A DNA stretch of 63,892 bases, filler included, from Nemertoderma westbladi (Eukaryota > Animalia > Xenacoelomorpha): NCBI GenBank assembly GCA_032718475.1. It is 3 parts of 3 records of this genome, joined end to end, with 100 filler letters (N's around TTAATTAATTAA, not from the genome) between each part and the next. Parts side by side here need not be neighbours in the genome. Positions count along the whole stretch, not along the records: positions 25,564 to 57,260 come from JAUCBJ010000748.1; 2 more parts are not named here. The stretch is one strand, 5' to 3'. The stretch's first letter is position 1, and every line of letters starts with the position of its first letter. The translations under genes and the position numbers were made by a program. Positions 38,368 to 48,789 of this stretch are shown in pieces. The notes under the pieces are model-generated. The model did not search any database. It was not told the origin of the DNA and saw only the letters and a list, made by a program, of their open reading frames with translations.

Positions 38368-41300
38368 TTAAGGCGGGGAGTCCCTAGATGTTTGAGGAAT
38401 TAGGGAGGTGGTCGTGGGAAGAGTGTCTTGCCTTCCATAGTTTCCTGAGAGTTCTCTGTCTCTTTCTAATAAACATAAACGACCAACTGGGCGATTGAGT
38501 TGTTGCGTCTCAAATATTATTCCCGGTTTTTTGAAGTTACGCCGCATAACTACGAGTTCTACTGATCGTACTAAACCGTCACTTGAAATGTGAGTCTCTA
38601 TAATGCGTCCTGTCTGCCACCGCTTACGTGGGAGGTCGGGATCCACAATAAGCACCATGTCTCCGGCGCTGACATTTTCTTGCTGCGCAAACCACTTAGT
38701 TCGAAGTTGTAGTGTGGGCAGATAATGCTTTTCAAAGTGATCAGCGAAACGACGAGATAGCAACTGCATAAGTTGCCAAGTTCGAGCGGCAATATTCGTC
38801 TCCGTCGGCAATCTCGGATTGAGGAAGCATGGCTACAGGTTTCTTAAGTAGGAAGTGCGCGGGTGTTAGCGCTTCCAGGGAATCGGGACTCGATGAGACT
38901 GGCATAAGCGGTCTCTCGTTGAGATAGGCAGCGATTTCCTCCATTAACGTCCGCAAAAGTTCGTCGGTGAGATACGCACGGCACGGCACTATAAAGTGAA
39001 ATGCTGTCTTAACACTCCGAATCAATCTCTCCCAACTTCCTCCCCACCAAGGGGCGTCGGCGGCGTTGAAGGTCCAGCTAGACGCGGTTATTCTCAGCTG
39101 ATCGTCCACCTGTCTTTGGTTCCAGTCCTTTACGTAAGCCTGGATTTCGTTATTGGCGCCAATGAAGTTCGTTCCCTTGTCCGATCGCATGGTATTACTA
39201 GTTCCGAAGCGAGCGATCTGTCGTCGTAAACTTAAGACGAAGCTGTTAGTGGATAGATCGTTCACCATATCAAGATGGATGGCTCGACAAGTCATGCACA
39301 CGAAGATGACGCACCATCTCTTGACTATAGTCCTAGCACGATATACTTCAATAGGGCCAAATAAATCCACACCAGTATTAGTAAAGGGTGGTTCATAAAA
39401 GCTTACTCGTTCCCTAGGTAATTCTGCCTCTCGCTGTGTTATAGGCCTACTGAATGCTTTCCTACAGGGTATGCAGTTCCTAAGAACTTGATTTAGAGCT
39501 CTACGGGGTTTATAGAAATAATAGCGCGTCCGAATTTCGCTAAGAACTCGTTCTCTACCGGCATGATATAATTTACCGTGGGCGTCTACAATCATTTTGA
39601 TTTGTACTTCAAGATTTCTAACTATTATGGGGAATTTAGTGTCAAAGGACAATGGCGCGTTGGTAAGCCTTCCTCCAACACGTATTAACCCATCGATCAT
39701 TGTGCTAGAGAAGCGATCCCTCAAGCGCATCTGCGGGTTTCTTAACAGCAGGAAGTACTTGTCGGAATCCTCGTAGCATTGCAGGAGCCGCAGTATTTGT
39801 TTATTGGCTTCTTCATGCTCCTGATAACTGATCTTTTCTTTTAGAAACCGACAGGGTGTTTTATATTTCGGTAAATCTTTAATAACATGGACTTGGGCTG
39901 TTGTCAGTGGAGCAGCATCACCAGTGGTCTTCGTCCCAGAATAACGATGATGAAAGAATCGTTTTAAATAAGCAACGGCCTTACAGAGCCGATTCCAGGA
40001 ACTGTAATGTTGTATTGCTCTCTGCAACAGGGGTGAGATTCCTTGCGAGACGTCTGGTGTTCCAGATTGCCAATCTTTGTCCTTAATTTCCACAACAGAT
40101 TTTTTTGTGACGAGGGATTGTGGATCCGAAGCATCATTTCTAGAAACATGTAATACAGATAGATCGATCGGCGGTTTGAATAACTTCGATTTGCTCGCTC
40201 GGGTTTTTGGTTTAATTTTTTCTGCTCCCTTGGCTTGTCTGATCTCCGCCGTAGTAAGGTGAGGAGGCCATTCGTCCTCTTCCTTGCTTAGGAAGTCGGG
40301 ACCACCCAACCAGTCTGGAGTATCTATCAGTTCTTGTGGAGTTGCTCCTCTGGAGGCGATATCAGCTGGGTTAATCGTACCAGGGCAGTGTCTCCATTGG
40401 TCTATCGTTGTGCGACTGAGGATGATGGCCACTCAGTTGGTGACAAAGACGCTGAACTGACAGACTTCATTGGTTATATACTCCAACACGAGCAAAGCGT
40501 CGGTCCAATACACAGTTTTCTCCAGTGTATAGTCGATCTGTTCCGTTACATTCCGTCCGATGGCTGTAGCGTAGAGAGCCGCCTTCAACTCCGCTCGAGG
40601 AACCTTCAACTTATTATTAATCAATGCCTTAGAGGTAACCAAGGCGACTTTGATTCCATCTGGAGTCTCGACTCGAAGGTATGCTACTATTCCTATTCCC
40701 GTGTCGCTCGCGTCTCCAAACACATGGAGTTGATAGGAATACGTAGGGAGAACGTGACCAAAATATGAACGGGAAATTATAAAACTCTCGATGGCAGGTA
40801 GAGAATCCTCCCATTTCATCCATTTCTTTAATAACTCTCCCGTAAGTGGATCGTCCCATGAGTGGTTTTCCAGCCACATTTGCTGTACTAAACTCCGAGC
40901 AATCAATATGACTGGACTAATAAATCCTAATGGGTCGAAATAAGTGCTCAGGATACTTAGGCAAATCCGTTTGGTCCGAACTGGATTCTCGCGCTGTTTT
41001 AGTTGAAAAAACAGGATATCTCTTTCTGTGTCCCATTTTAAGCCAAGCGTCTTGGTCTCTGGAAGATCGTCTTTTATCAGATCGAGGTCTTTCGCTCCTC
41101 GGTCTTCTATCGGTATCGCTTCCAGAAACTCACGGGAGTTGCTAATGAATTTCGTCAGTCGAAATCCACCTCTTTTCAAACACTCCACCGTTCCTTGCGC
41201 GACCTCAATGGCTTGTTCTACCGATGAAAGTGACTTTAAATTGTCATCCATGTAGATGTTCTTCTTGATGTTGTCAATCACCTCTTTGGAGAAGGCGTCT

Positions 41301-41610
41301 CGGTTGTCATCCGCAGTAGTTCGTACTACGGAGCAGGCGTTGGAAGGACTGGATATGATTCCAAAAGCTTGGATGGTCATCCAGTACTCCTCTGGTGTCC
41401 GTTGGAGGTCTCCTTCAGGCCACCATAGAAACCTTAAACTGTCTCTATCTTTATCTAACGCCTTAACCTGTAAGAACATTCCTTCTATATCGGAGGCGAA
41501 CGCTATATAATATTGTCTTAGTCGCAGAAGTATTCCCAACAGTGATTGTAGTAAGTTGGGTCCTGGTAGTAACTCGGAATTCAGAGATTGACCCTTATAT
41601 AGGGCGGAGC
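38368..41610 (-). pseudogene. BEL/Pao pol (RT, RNase H, integrase, C-terminal domain), 5'-truncated, one nonsense codon and one frameshift
   Basis: IYMDD, FDPLG, LHVFGDAS, NPADIASRG, H..GRE...CIPC, TGVDLFGP, SDKGTNF, APWWGGSWERL; TGA at 40433-40435 is in frame; frameshift near 38800. Confidence 0.93.
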
Positions 41611-42082
41611 TAGTTGGTAGCTTTAAGTCTCTATAAACTTTTTCTACAACAGATCTGGTTGACGGTTTCATTTTATTTAATGCTCTATTAATAACCATAT
41701 TAGCCTGCTGATGTAAGACCCGCTTACCTTTTGGTATTACGTGTTGTCTCATAAATTTTGTGGTAAATGGTAAAGCTTTTTGTAACACTTTTTTTGCTAA
41801 TGGTTTACCAAATTTTTTCAATGTAGATAAAGCGTCTGTAAATATACCTTCCCCGTGTTGATTTGCCTGCATACCTCTACGATAACGTTGAAAACGACGT
41901 TGTTTTAAGTTTGGATCGAATGCACCAATTTGTTGTCCGTAAGGGTCAATATATGAACCACCACGAAAAACAGGAACTTGCGTCGAGCCTCTCGTATTTC
42001 TACCACCTTTAAAAACAGCAAGATTAGAGTCTGCACCACCATATTGAGGTTTACTGTATCTTTGAAATAAATCGGAATCCAT
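41611..42082 (-). CDS. Polinton/adintovirus-like basic core-type protein, fused in frame to the BEL RT
   Basis: Lys/Arg-rich, repeated xGG/GxG motifs (QYGGA, FKGGR, FRGGS, QHGEGIF) followed by an amphipathic helix; directly follows the penton genes. Confidence 0.55.
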
Positions 42083-42083
42083 T

Positions 42084-42941
42084 TTAATTTATTTTTTTAA
42101 AGTGTAATGTAATAGATGTTGTCCCGTATTCAAAATTTAAATCTTTTCCTTCTTTGTCTGTTATTTCAATATGAATGTATGTTATCTTATATGATTTTTT
42201 TACAGGGATATAATGAATTGTATCCTTGGCAAATTCTTTATTTATTACACTACCATATTTCACGTCATCAGGTATCGCGACACGACGAAGTAAAGCTAAA
42301 CCAAAGTCATTAATATATTGATTTTCAATTATATTAGTAGTCACGTACATGTTCGACTTAGGTTCTGAAATAGAATTGGGTGGTTGTGGGCATAAAAATA
42401 CCATCTGGTAAGCTTTTTCTTCATTTCCGATAATCTTTATTAAATAACCCTTTATGTTATTTTTCGTCTTCAAAATAATTTTAAAATTTGGATTTAAATT
42501 CGCACCGAGATTATTTTCAGTAATTCCAAAATAATAGGCTAATTGTTGACCTATAAATAACTCTCGCACCGCTTTCCCTAAAATAAATTGCAACCTATTT
42601 TGCTGAGTATTTTCAACTATTTGTAATTTATCTTACAACGCCCCAGTGTTAAAATAATCTATAATGTCATTGATACTGTAGAACAAACCAGATGGAAGTG
42701 TATCCTCAAAATTTTTTTTCCCTTTTTTTAATAAAATCACATTCTCTACATTATTGTACATGGACGGTAATGTTGCTAAATAAAAAATACTTTTTATACC
42801 TACCACCCAGTTTTCGTTTGGGTTTATAGGTAAGGCACTGTGGAAATTGATCTTATAATTACTGGCGCTATTGTGGGGAAAATCAATTGGACAAGAGTTA
42901 CTAGGCAGCCTGACGTAGAATTCATCCATCGTTGCCACCAC
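42084..42941 (-). pseudogene. Second penton/minor capsid-like protein, split by a single in-frame TAA (42633-42635)
   Basis: FYVRLPSNS...PHNSASNYK...WVVGI N-terminus; MYVTTNIIE...LLRRV and IEITDKEGKDLNFEYGTTSITLHFK C-terminus; 13 open in-frame codons link the two listed ORFs. Confidence 0.75.
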
Positions 42942-43794
42942 GTATTAACTTAAGTGTTATAACAGTGCGACCTCCGTTGAAGTTAATTAGTTGCCCCTGT
43001 CCGTCTCGTAAAGTAATTAAGATTGTTTTTAGTTTTTTATTCAACAAGGGGAAATAGCAAATGCTCTCGTATTCGTGATTAATATATTTTCGATTTAATT
43101 GCGTTAAAGGGCAGGTTCTTAAGAGCGGCGCTAAAGCATCACCAACAAATGAGCTCTCAATAATATCAGTATATATGAAGATAGTTTCTTTATTGCGTGT
43201 AATATTCGTGGGAGCTGGAAAATCTAAAATACCAATTTCCGAAATTTTTGGTCCGCTATAATTTAAAATTAATATCGGCTGTTCTATATTGCTTAATTCA
43301 TCTACTGTAGTCGTACTGTATATATCCCAATTCGGAATACTCTGATGATTCTGATCCAATAACGGTTTTAAACCTAGAATTTGTATTAAATCACCGCGTA
43401 GACTTAATTGTATTTTTTTCAACTTTTTAGGAAATTTAAATTTAATTCTAGAATTATTTGTATTAAAAATGAATTCGAAATCTCTATATTTTGCTTCAGA
43501 ATTAAACAGTTTATTTATATCATCAATAATGACTTGAATAGAGCTATGCATACCAGGAAATAAACTGTATAATTTGGCATCTTTTGCATCTAGCCCGATT
43601 GACAGCGAGATTTGAGTTTGCAGCGTAATATTACTGTATGTTGCTTGGTATTGAAGCTCAGCCAAACCAATTTTAGCGTTTGGACCAATATATAATTCTT
43701 CGGCTAAATCAACAGTAAACTCACTAGGATTATTATTGGGGTAAGTGCTTAATGAGCTATCTGAAAGTAGAGTGATATATGTATCTGTGGCCAT
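42922..43794 (-). CDS. Polinton/Maverick penton (minor capsid, single jelly-roll) protein
   Basis: YITLLSDSS...YPNNNPSEFTVDL...IGLAEL; IFIYTDIIE..VGD..APLLR; ITLRDGQGQLINF. Confidence 0.8.
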   Translation of the reverse strand: MATDTYITLLSDSSLSTYPNNNPSEFTVDLAEELYIGPNAKIGLAELQYQATYSNITLQTQISLSIGLDAKDAKLYSLFPGMHSSIQVIIDDINKLFNSEAKYRDFEFIFNTNNSRIKFKFPKKLKKIQLSLRGDLIQILGLKPLLDQNHQSIPNWDIYSTTTVDELSNIEQPILILNYSGPKISEIGILDFPAPTNITRNKETIFIYTDIIESSFVGDALAPLLRTCPLTQLNRKYINHEYESICYFPLLNKKLKTILITLRDGQGQLINFNGGRTVITLKLIRGGNDG

Positions 43795-44034
43795 TATTAT
43801 TATTATTTAAGCTCTCTCTACTTGACTCCTTTGTACATACAGTATAATGTTAAATTATAGACATCTGTGACCACGTTCATCAGTCGCATCTTCTACAGTA
43901 TATGCGAGAGATCAATATTTTACTGGCTTTATTTAAAGTGGATGAACTAGCGTATAGTATATCATTCGAGTTAATATTGATTAATTACGGTCATATGCGA
44001 GCAAAATGAATTAATATACTGTATAAACCTAAGC

Positions 44035-45123
44035 TTATTGAATGTGTTGCACCCAAGACTGTTTCTTGGATCCAATGAAACGGACTAAATATTCTTTTTT
44101 CCCGTTGCGCACACGTTCTTTAAGTTTGCCAATATTTTTGTCAATCGGAAGATAAATATTACTATTCGGGTGGACCTTTTGGAGTTTGTGAGAATAAAAT
44201 GAGCCCTTTATTATAGCTCCGGCGCTGTCCTTAATATCGAACATTACCGCAGGTACTCTATCCAACCTGACACGATGAATAATAAATAATTCTTGTGTCC
44301 ATTGTTCACGATAGCCTTTAGCAAAAGCAGTACGAGCAATAGATAATCGTACTGTATCACCAACTTTAAATTTTATTTTCTTGTGATTTATCTGTCTATA
44401 TTTCCCATATAATCTATTCATTAATTAAGTTTCATTAAATTTATTAACTTCAATGGGCGTCATTTGTATAGTCCTATGATACGACCTATTATAAGCTGAG
44501 ATAAGCTTAGGAAAAATTTTTATCCAAACATTATTTCCTCGTTGTGTGAAAATTTTGAACATCTTTGTTTTTAATGTGCGATTGAATCTCTCAACAATAG
44601 CCGCCTTATTCACAGAGTACATTACGTAATACTGTATACCTAACGTATCTAAATATTTTCTTACAGATTTATTTAGAAACTCAGACCCTTGATCAGTTGC
44701 GATTCTGTTTGGTTTACCCTTTTGGAATATTTTTTGCAATATACTAATAATCTCAATACCTGTTTTTGTTTTCATACCATATGCAAAAGCAAGCCGGCTG
44801 AAGGCATCAATACACGTCAATATATAGTTATAATTATTATTTTGCGATTTATATTGCTGCATATCCACCAAATCTATCATATATATATCTTTTAAGCCAC
44901 CCGTAAATATTTTAGGTGTTGGATAATGATGCCTACGTGGTGCGTGAAGGGTGTATGTCTTTTGCCCGCTCAACCATTTCTGAGCTTGAGCTGGTTTGAT
45001 GTTTGCAGCTTTTGCTAATTTTGCGACACTTGCAAAACCCGCTGGGGATGAAGGATCTAAATAAATTCTTGACAGTTTTTTGTCTAAGCTTTGGCTTAAA
45101 ATCGGTTTCATCTTGCGTGGCAT
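44035..45123 (-). pseudogene. Polinton/Maverick retroviral-like (rve) integrase, split by one in-frame TAA (44425-44427)
   Basis: IYLDPSSPAGF, YTLH, IDLVDM, CIDAFSR, TDQGSEF, KAAIVERFNRTLK, YNRSYHRTI; continues FNET*LMNRLY...FKVGDTVR...KGY...WTQELF. Confidence 0.9.
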
Positions 45124-45347
45124 CTTTTTGACATCCGCAAGTAATATGTATATTTAAATCTCTTATAAAGGGCATCACCGCAAAAACAACTGAAATTTTT
45201 TAATTATTTTCTTTGAAGTTGATGTTTTGGATGGTTTTCTTTTTGTAGTATTTACTCTAGGTATATCTTGAGGTTATAAATCAGTAGCTAACGGTTTACT
45301 CGATACTAAATATAATTTTCTAAATGTTACGTCCGTTTTAACCATTA

Positions 45348-45731
45348 TTACCGCCCGCGGTTAATTTTTTTTGCAATAGCCGCTCCAGCGGCAGCGGCGC
45401 CAGCGCTCGCGGCGAGTTTCGCACCAATGCCGAGTAAGGGTATTAGAAAGGGTAGTATGCCTCCAGATTGATTGCTTAACTTTTTTCTGTAACTTGATAT
45501 ATTTTTTGTTTTACGGTTGAGGGATTTCAATACCTTCTTATAGCGGCGAATATTTCTAAATGAATGAGGGGTCAATTGTACGTTACCTTTTAAAACATTT
45601 AATGCAGTATTTACAATGAGCCGTATTAATTCGTTACTCGCGGTATGGTTAATAAAATAAGTTCTTTGTTGAGGGGTAGCGCTGCGTAGAAATTCCAGTT
45701 CGTTACGATATTTCTGCACAAGTCTATTCAT
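45348..45731 (-). CDS. Polinton/adintovirus-like small basic protein with putative protease cleavage site
   Basis: ALNVLKGNVQL; QSGG/ILPFLIPLL motif followed by a hydrophobic Ala-rich tail; lies directly after the ATPase. Confidence 0.7.
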   Translation of the reverse strand: MNRLVQKYRNELEFLRSATPQQRTYFINHTASNELIRLIVNTALNVLKGNVQLTPHSFRNIRRYKKVLKSLNRKTKNISSYRKKLSNQSGGILPFLIPLLGIGAKLAASAGAAAAGAAIAKKINRGR

Positions 45732-45764
45732 TGTTGCAACATTATTGAAAATTGTTACAAAATA

Positions 45765-46445
45765 TTAATTATTATTATTATTATTATTATTTTCGCTACG
45801 TTTATAGTCAATGTAATTTTTAATGTAACAATTATGATTACGAAATATATCCGATCTAAATCTTAAAGGTTCGGGTGTTTCCTGACGTAAATCAATTAAA
45901 AAATGTGAAAATGGTTCAATAGTTGCGTCTCGATAGGAATCTACTAAAAATTTGGTCTGCCCTGGTAACATCTGCTTTGCGAAATTTAAAACTGATAGGC
46001 TGTCTCGTGGATTTTTCATTAATACTAAGGTATGGCTATTAATTGATCTTGTGCGGTTATGCTTCCCACCGTAAAACATGTTTTGCGTTATAAAACAAAT
46101 AAATATATTGGAATGATGAGCTACCTTAGTAAACAATACAGTTAAAGCTGTACTGGACTCGGTTTCTGTTAATAAATCATCTATAATTAATAAATCTCGA
46201 CTATTCACTAAAGTATCTATATTTTCTGGTAAACCTTTGTAAAGGTGTGTAATACCGGGAATAGTCGGTGGATTGCTCCCGTAACAATACAATACGCGTA
46301 AGGGGGCTTTGTTGAAGCAGCCATTCTTGTGTTTAATTAAATTCCCCACAAAAGTTAATTTTCCAGAACCAGATGGACCAGAAATTATCACTCTCGTTCC
46401 CATTTGAAAGTTTAAATTATATGGACCTGAATTAAAGTCAGCCAT
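45765..46445 (-). CDS. Polinton/Maverick DNA-packaging ATPase (A32/FtsK-like)
   Basis: Walker A ISGPSGSGK(L), Walker B LLIIDDL, HH...FITQNMF, KNPRD, FLIDL; L after GK departs from the canonical GK[ST]. Confidence 0.9.
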   Translation of the reverse strand: MADFNSGPYNLNFQMGTRVIISGPSGSGKLTFVGNLIKHKNGCFNKAPLRVLYCYGSNPPTIPGITHLYKGLPENIDTLVNSRDLLIIDDLLTETESSTALTVLFTKVAHHSNIFICFITQNMFYGGKHNRTRSINSHTLVLMKNPRDSLSVLNFAKQMLPGQTKFLVDSYRDATIEPFSHFLIDLRQETPEPLRFRSDIFRNHNCYIKNYIDYKRSENNNNNNNN

Positions 46446-46920
46446 TTATTATTATTATTAAGATATATCAACAATACAATATAATATAATATCAATATCA
46501 ATATCAATAATCCATCACCATTACTATGTATATAACAATAATTGATGGAATTACAATAATATTAGAGTACTGTATATTTAATTAACATATGACACAACTA
46601 CAGTATGTGACGCTCGCTGCAACAAAAGGTGCTATTTCCAATTATAGTATAGACTGTTGTAATTTCAAGTATGGTGGTGAGCATCTTTATACGCGAAATA
46701 ATAATAGGTAACATCGGCGGTTTGGAAATCACTTCCCGAGAATTTCGCGCTAATGATTTTTTTATGTTCGCTGCTAAAAAAAATAAGGAATATAGTAGCA
46801 ACAGCGACAAACTACATTTCTATAAAAAATATTCTCCAATATTGTAAATAAATCTCCTGAATCATTACTTTTCGCAGAAATATAAGTTATATTGCGAAGC
46901 TCTTTCCAATAAAAGGGTTG

Positions 46921-47120
46921 TTAACTTACCAACTTTATATTAAACTTAGATATGGGTGCGCGACAAATAGGACAAATTTTAGAACAATAATTATTCATTT
47001 CGGAAATTGTACAATACATTGTACGCAAGTTGCATGTTTATTTTCACATTTATAATAATCTCGATGTTGTTGCAATAAATTAGAATAGCAAACTGGACAT
47101 TTTTCATTTAACATATCCAT
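46921..47120 (-). pseudogene. Small RING-finger (C3HC4-like) protein with a 1-nt frameshift
   Basis: CPVC...CENKHATCVQC in one frame, continuing ...SKICPICRAPISK in the adjacent frame to TAA at 46921-46923. Confidence 0.7.
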
Positions 47121-47246
47121 TTTTCCAAATTTTAAAGTAAATTGAAAATAATTACCACAATACACAACAACAACAACAACAACCACAAACAAAACTGTTA
47201 TACTGTATATACAAATACTGCTACAATTTTCGATTATTTAAAAACA

Positions 47247-47612
47247 TTAAAATTTTATATATAAGCATAAAAAAGCTTGTACATTTATTTTTACTTTAAG
47301 TCGGTCAGATAAAGCTACTTTATCGCCCGTATCTAGCTCTGAAAAGACACCTTCGTTACTAATTTCATAATTCCATTCATACCACAATGAATTTACTTGC
47401 GATGCTGTTAAGTTAAACCCATTATAATACCTAAGACAAATAGCATCAGAATATCTAGCTAAAATCTCCCATAGTCCCATATAAGTCGTTCCTTTATATT
47501 TGCTTACAAAACCAACAAAAGATGGGTTGGTTAAATTAACAACAGAACACTGATTTATTATTTCGAGTGGTGGTGATAACAATTCTAATATTTCTGTCTT
47601 ACTCTGAAGCAA
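47247..47612 (-). CDS. Hypothetical protein with possible PC4-like ssDNA-binding fold
   Basis: FVSKYKGTTYMGLWE...NGFNLTASQVNSL resembles the PC4 pattern VS.FKG...I.IRE...KGI.L...QW..L. Confidence 0.4.
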   Translation of the reverse strand: MLQSKTEILELLSPPLEIINQCSVVNLTNPSFVGFVSKYKGTTYMGLWEILARYSDAICLRYYNGFNLTASQVNSLWYEWNYEISNEGVFSELDTGDKVALSDRLKVKINVQAFLCLYIKF

Positions 47613-48789
47613 TAAATTAATGAGTGATTTGTTTAGAATTTGACATTTGCCTCGCTTCTGAATATATACGTTTTCAGTTATAACACAGGTGGAAATATTT
47701 AAATTTCCTCTTGTAAATTCTATATTAGGATAAATATTACCACTTGAAACTGGTGATTCCTTTTGTTGGTTGATTAATATTTCTAAGACGTCTAGAAGGT
47801 AGAGTGTATCCTGGTAAGAGAAGCTCGTTGTTACATTGCTATCGCTTGAGAGTAATATAAAGTACTTGCCATAAACAATACTACAGGTATATTTATTAAA
47901 TGTAAATTTCCAAGTATTGCTTGAAGTTTTTTAAATAAATCCATAATTAGAATGAAAACTATTTTGAAAAATAAAAACTAAATAAATGATTATTAGATTG
48001 TAAAACTTCTGTTTATATGGTTGCTTTAATACAGCAGAGTGACTTACAGTGAGGAATATAGTAGCTTCGTGTAACAGATGCAACGTGTACAGCTAAAATT
48101 ATTACATTAGCGTGAGTTAGAGAGTGAAATAGCAGTAACGAGTAACAGATGCAACGAGAACAATGCTAGTCCTATTATTCTAACTTATATTCAACTTAGT
48201 TGATCGATCAGTTACATCGATAAAAGAAATCGATTATTATTAATAGTCGAATTAATGTATTCTATGCTATAGTAATTATGTTAAGGAACTAGAAACTATT
48301 TATAAACATCTGCTACCAGTGATGAAGATGAAGAATTCAATGACTATGGTATAACTCAGATATTTATCACCTTTTTCTCTCGAGGTTGGATGGAAGAGTG
48401 ATTGGTGAGTTGTGAGGGGTTGTATCAGTCCCGAGTTCGAATCCGGTTGAATATTTTGTTATCTGAAAAATTGCAAAATTAAATTTAGTTACTGGTGAAA
48501 AATAGTAGAAGTTACCTGATGCTAAGTGTAGACACTCGAACACCTGTAAAATAAAGGTTGGTGATTGGATGCAGTACTAGCATTGGGTGACTAATAACGC
48601 CTCTAGCGGAATAAGCGGGAACTTGAGAAGTTACCATGGTTACGGATGAAATGCTGACATCTGATTGGTTGAAATAATAACGACCACTGGTAAAGGTTGA
48701 AATGGTGGCTTCTGATTGGCTGCAGTACTAGAAATGGATGGTAATGATGGACTACGGGTGACCATGACGCAGTGTCATATGAATATATA

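Noticed and set aside
33527-44427. Single in-frame TAA stops in three ORFs (33527, 42633, 44425) suggesting stop-codon reassignment
   Set aside because: Neighbouring genes end normally on TAA, the BEL stop is TGA (likely CGA deamination) and frameshifts also occur; ordinary decay explains it
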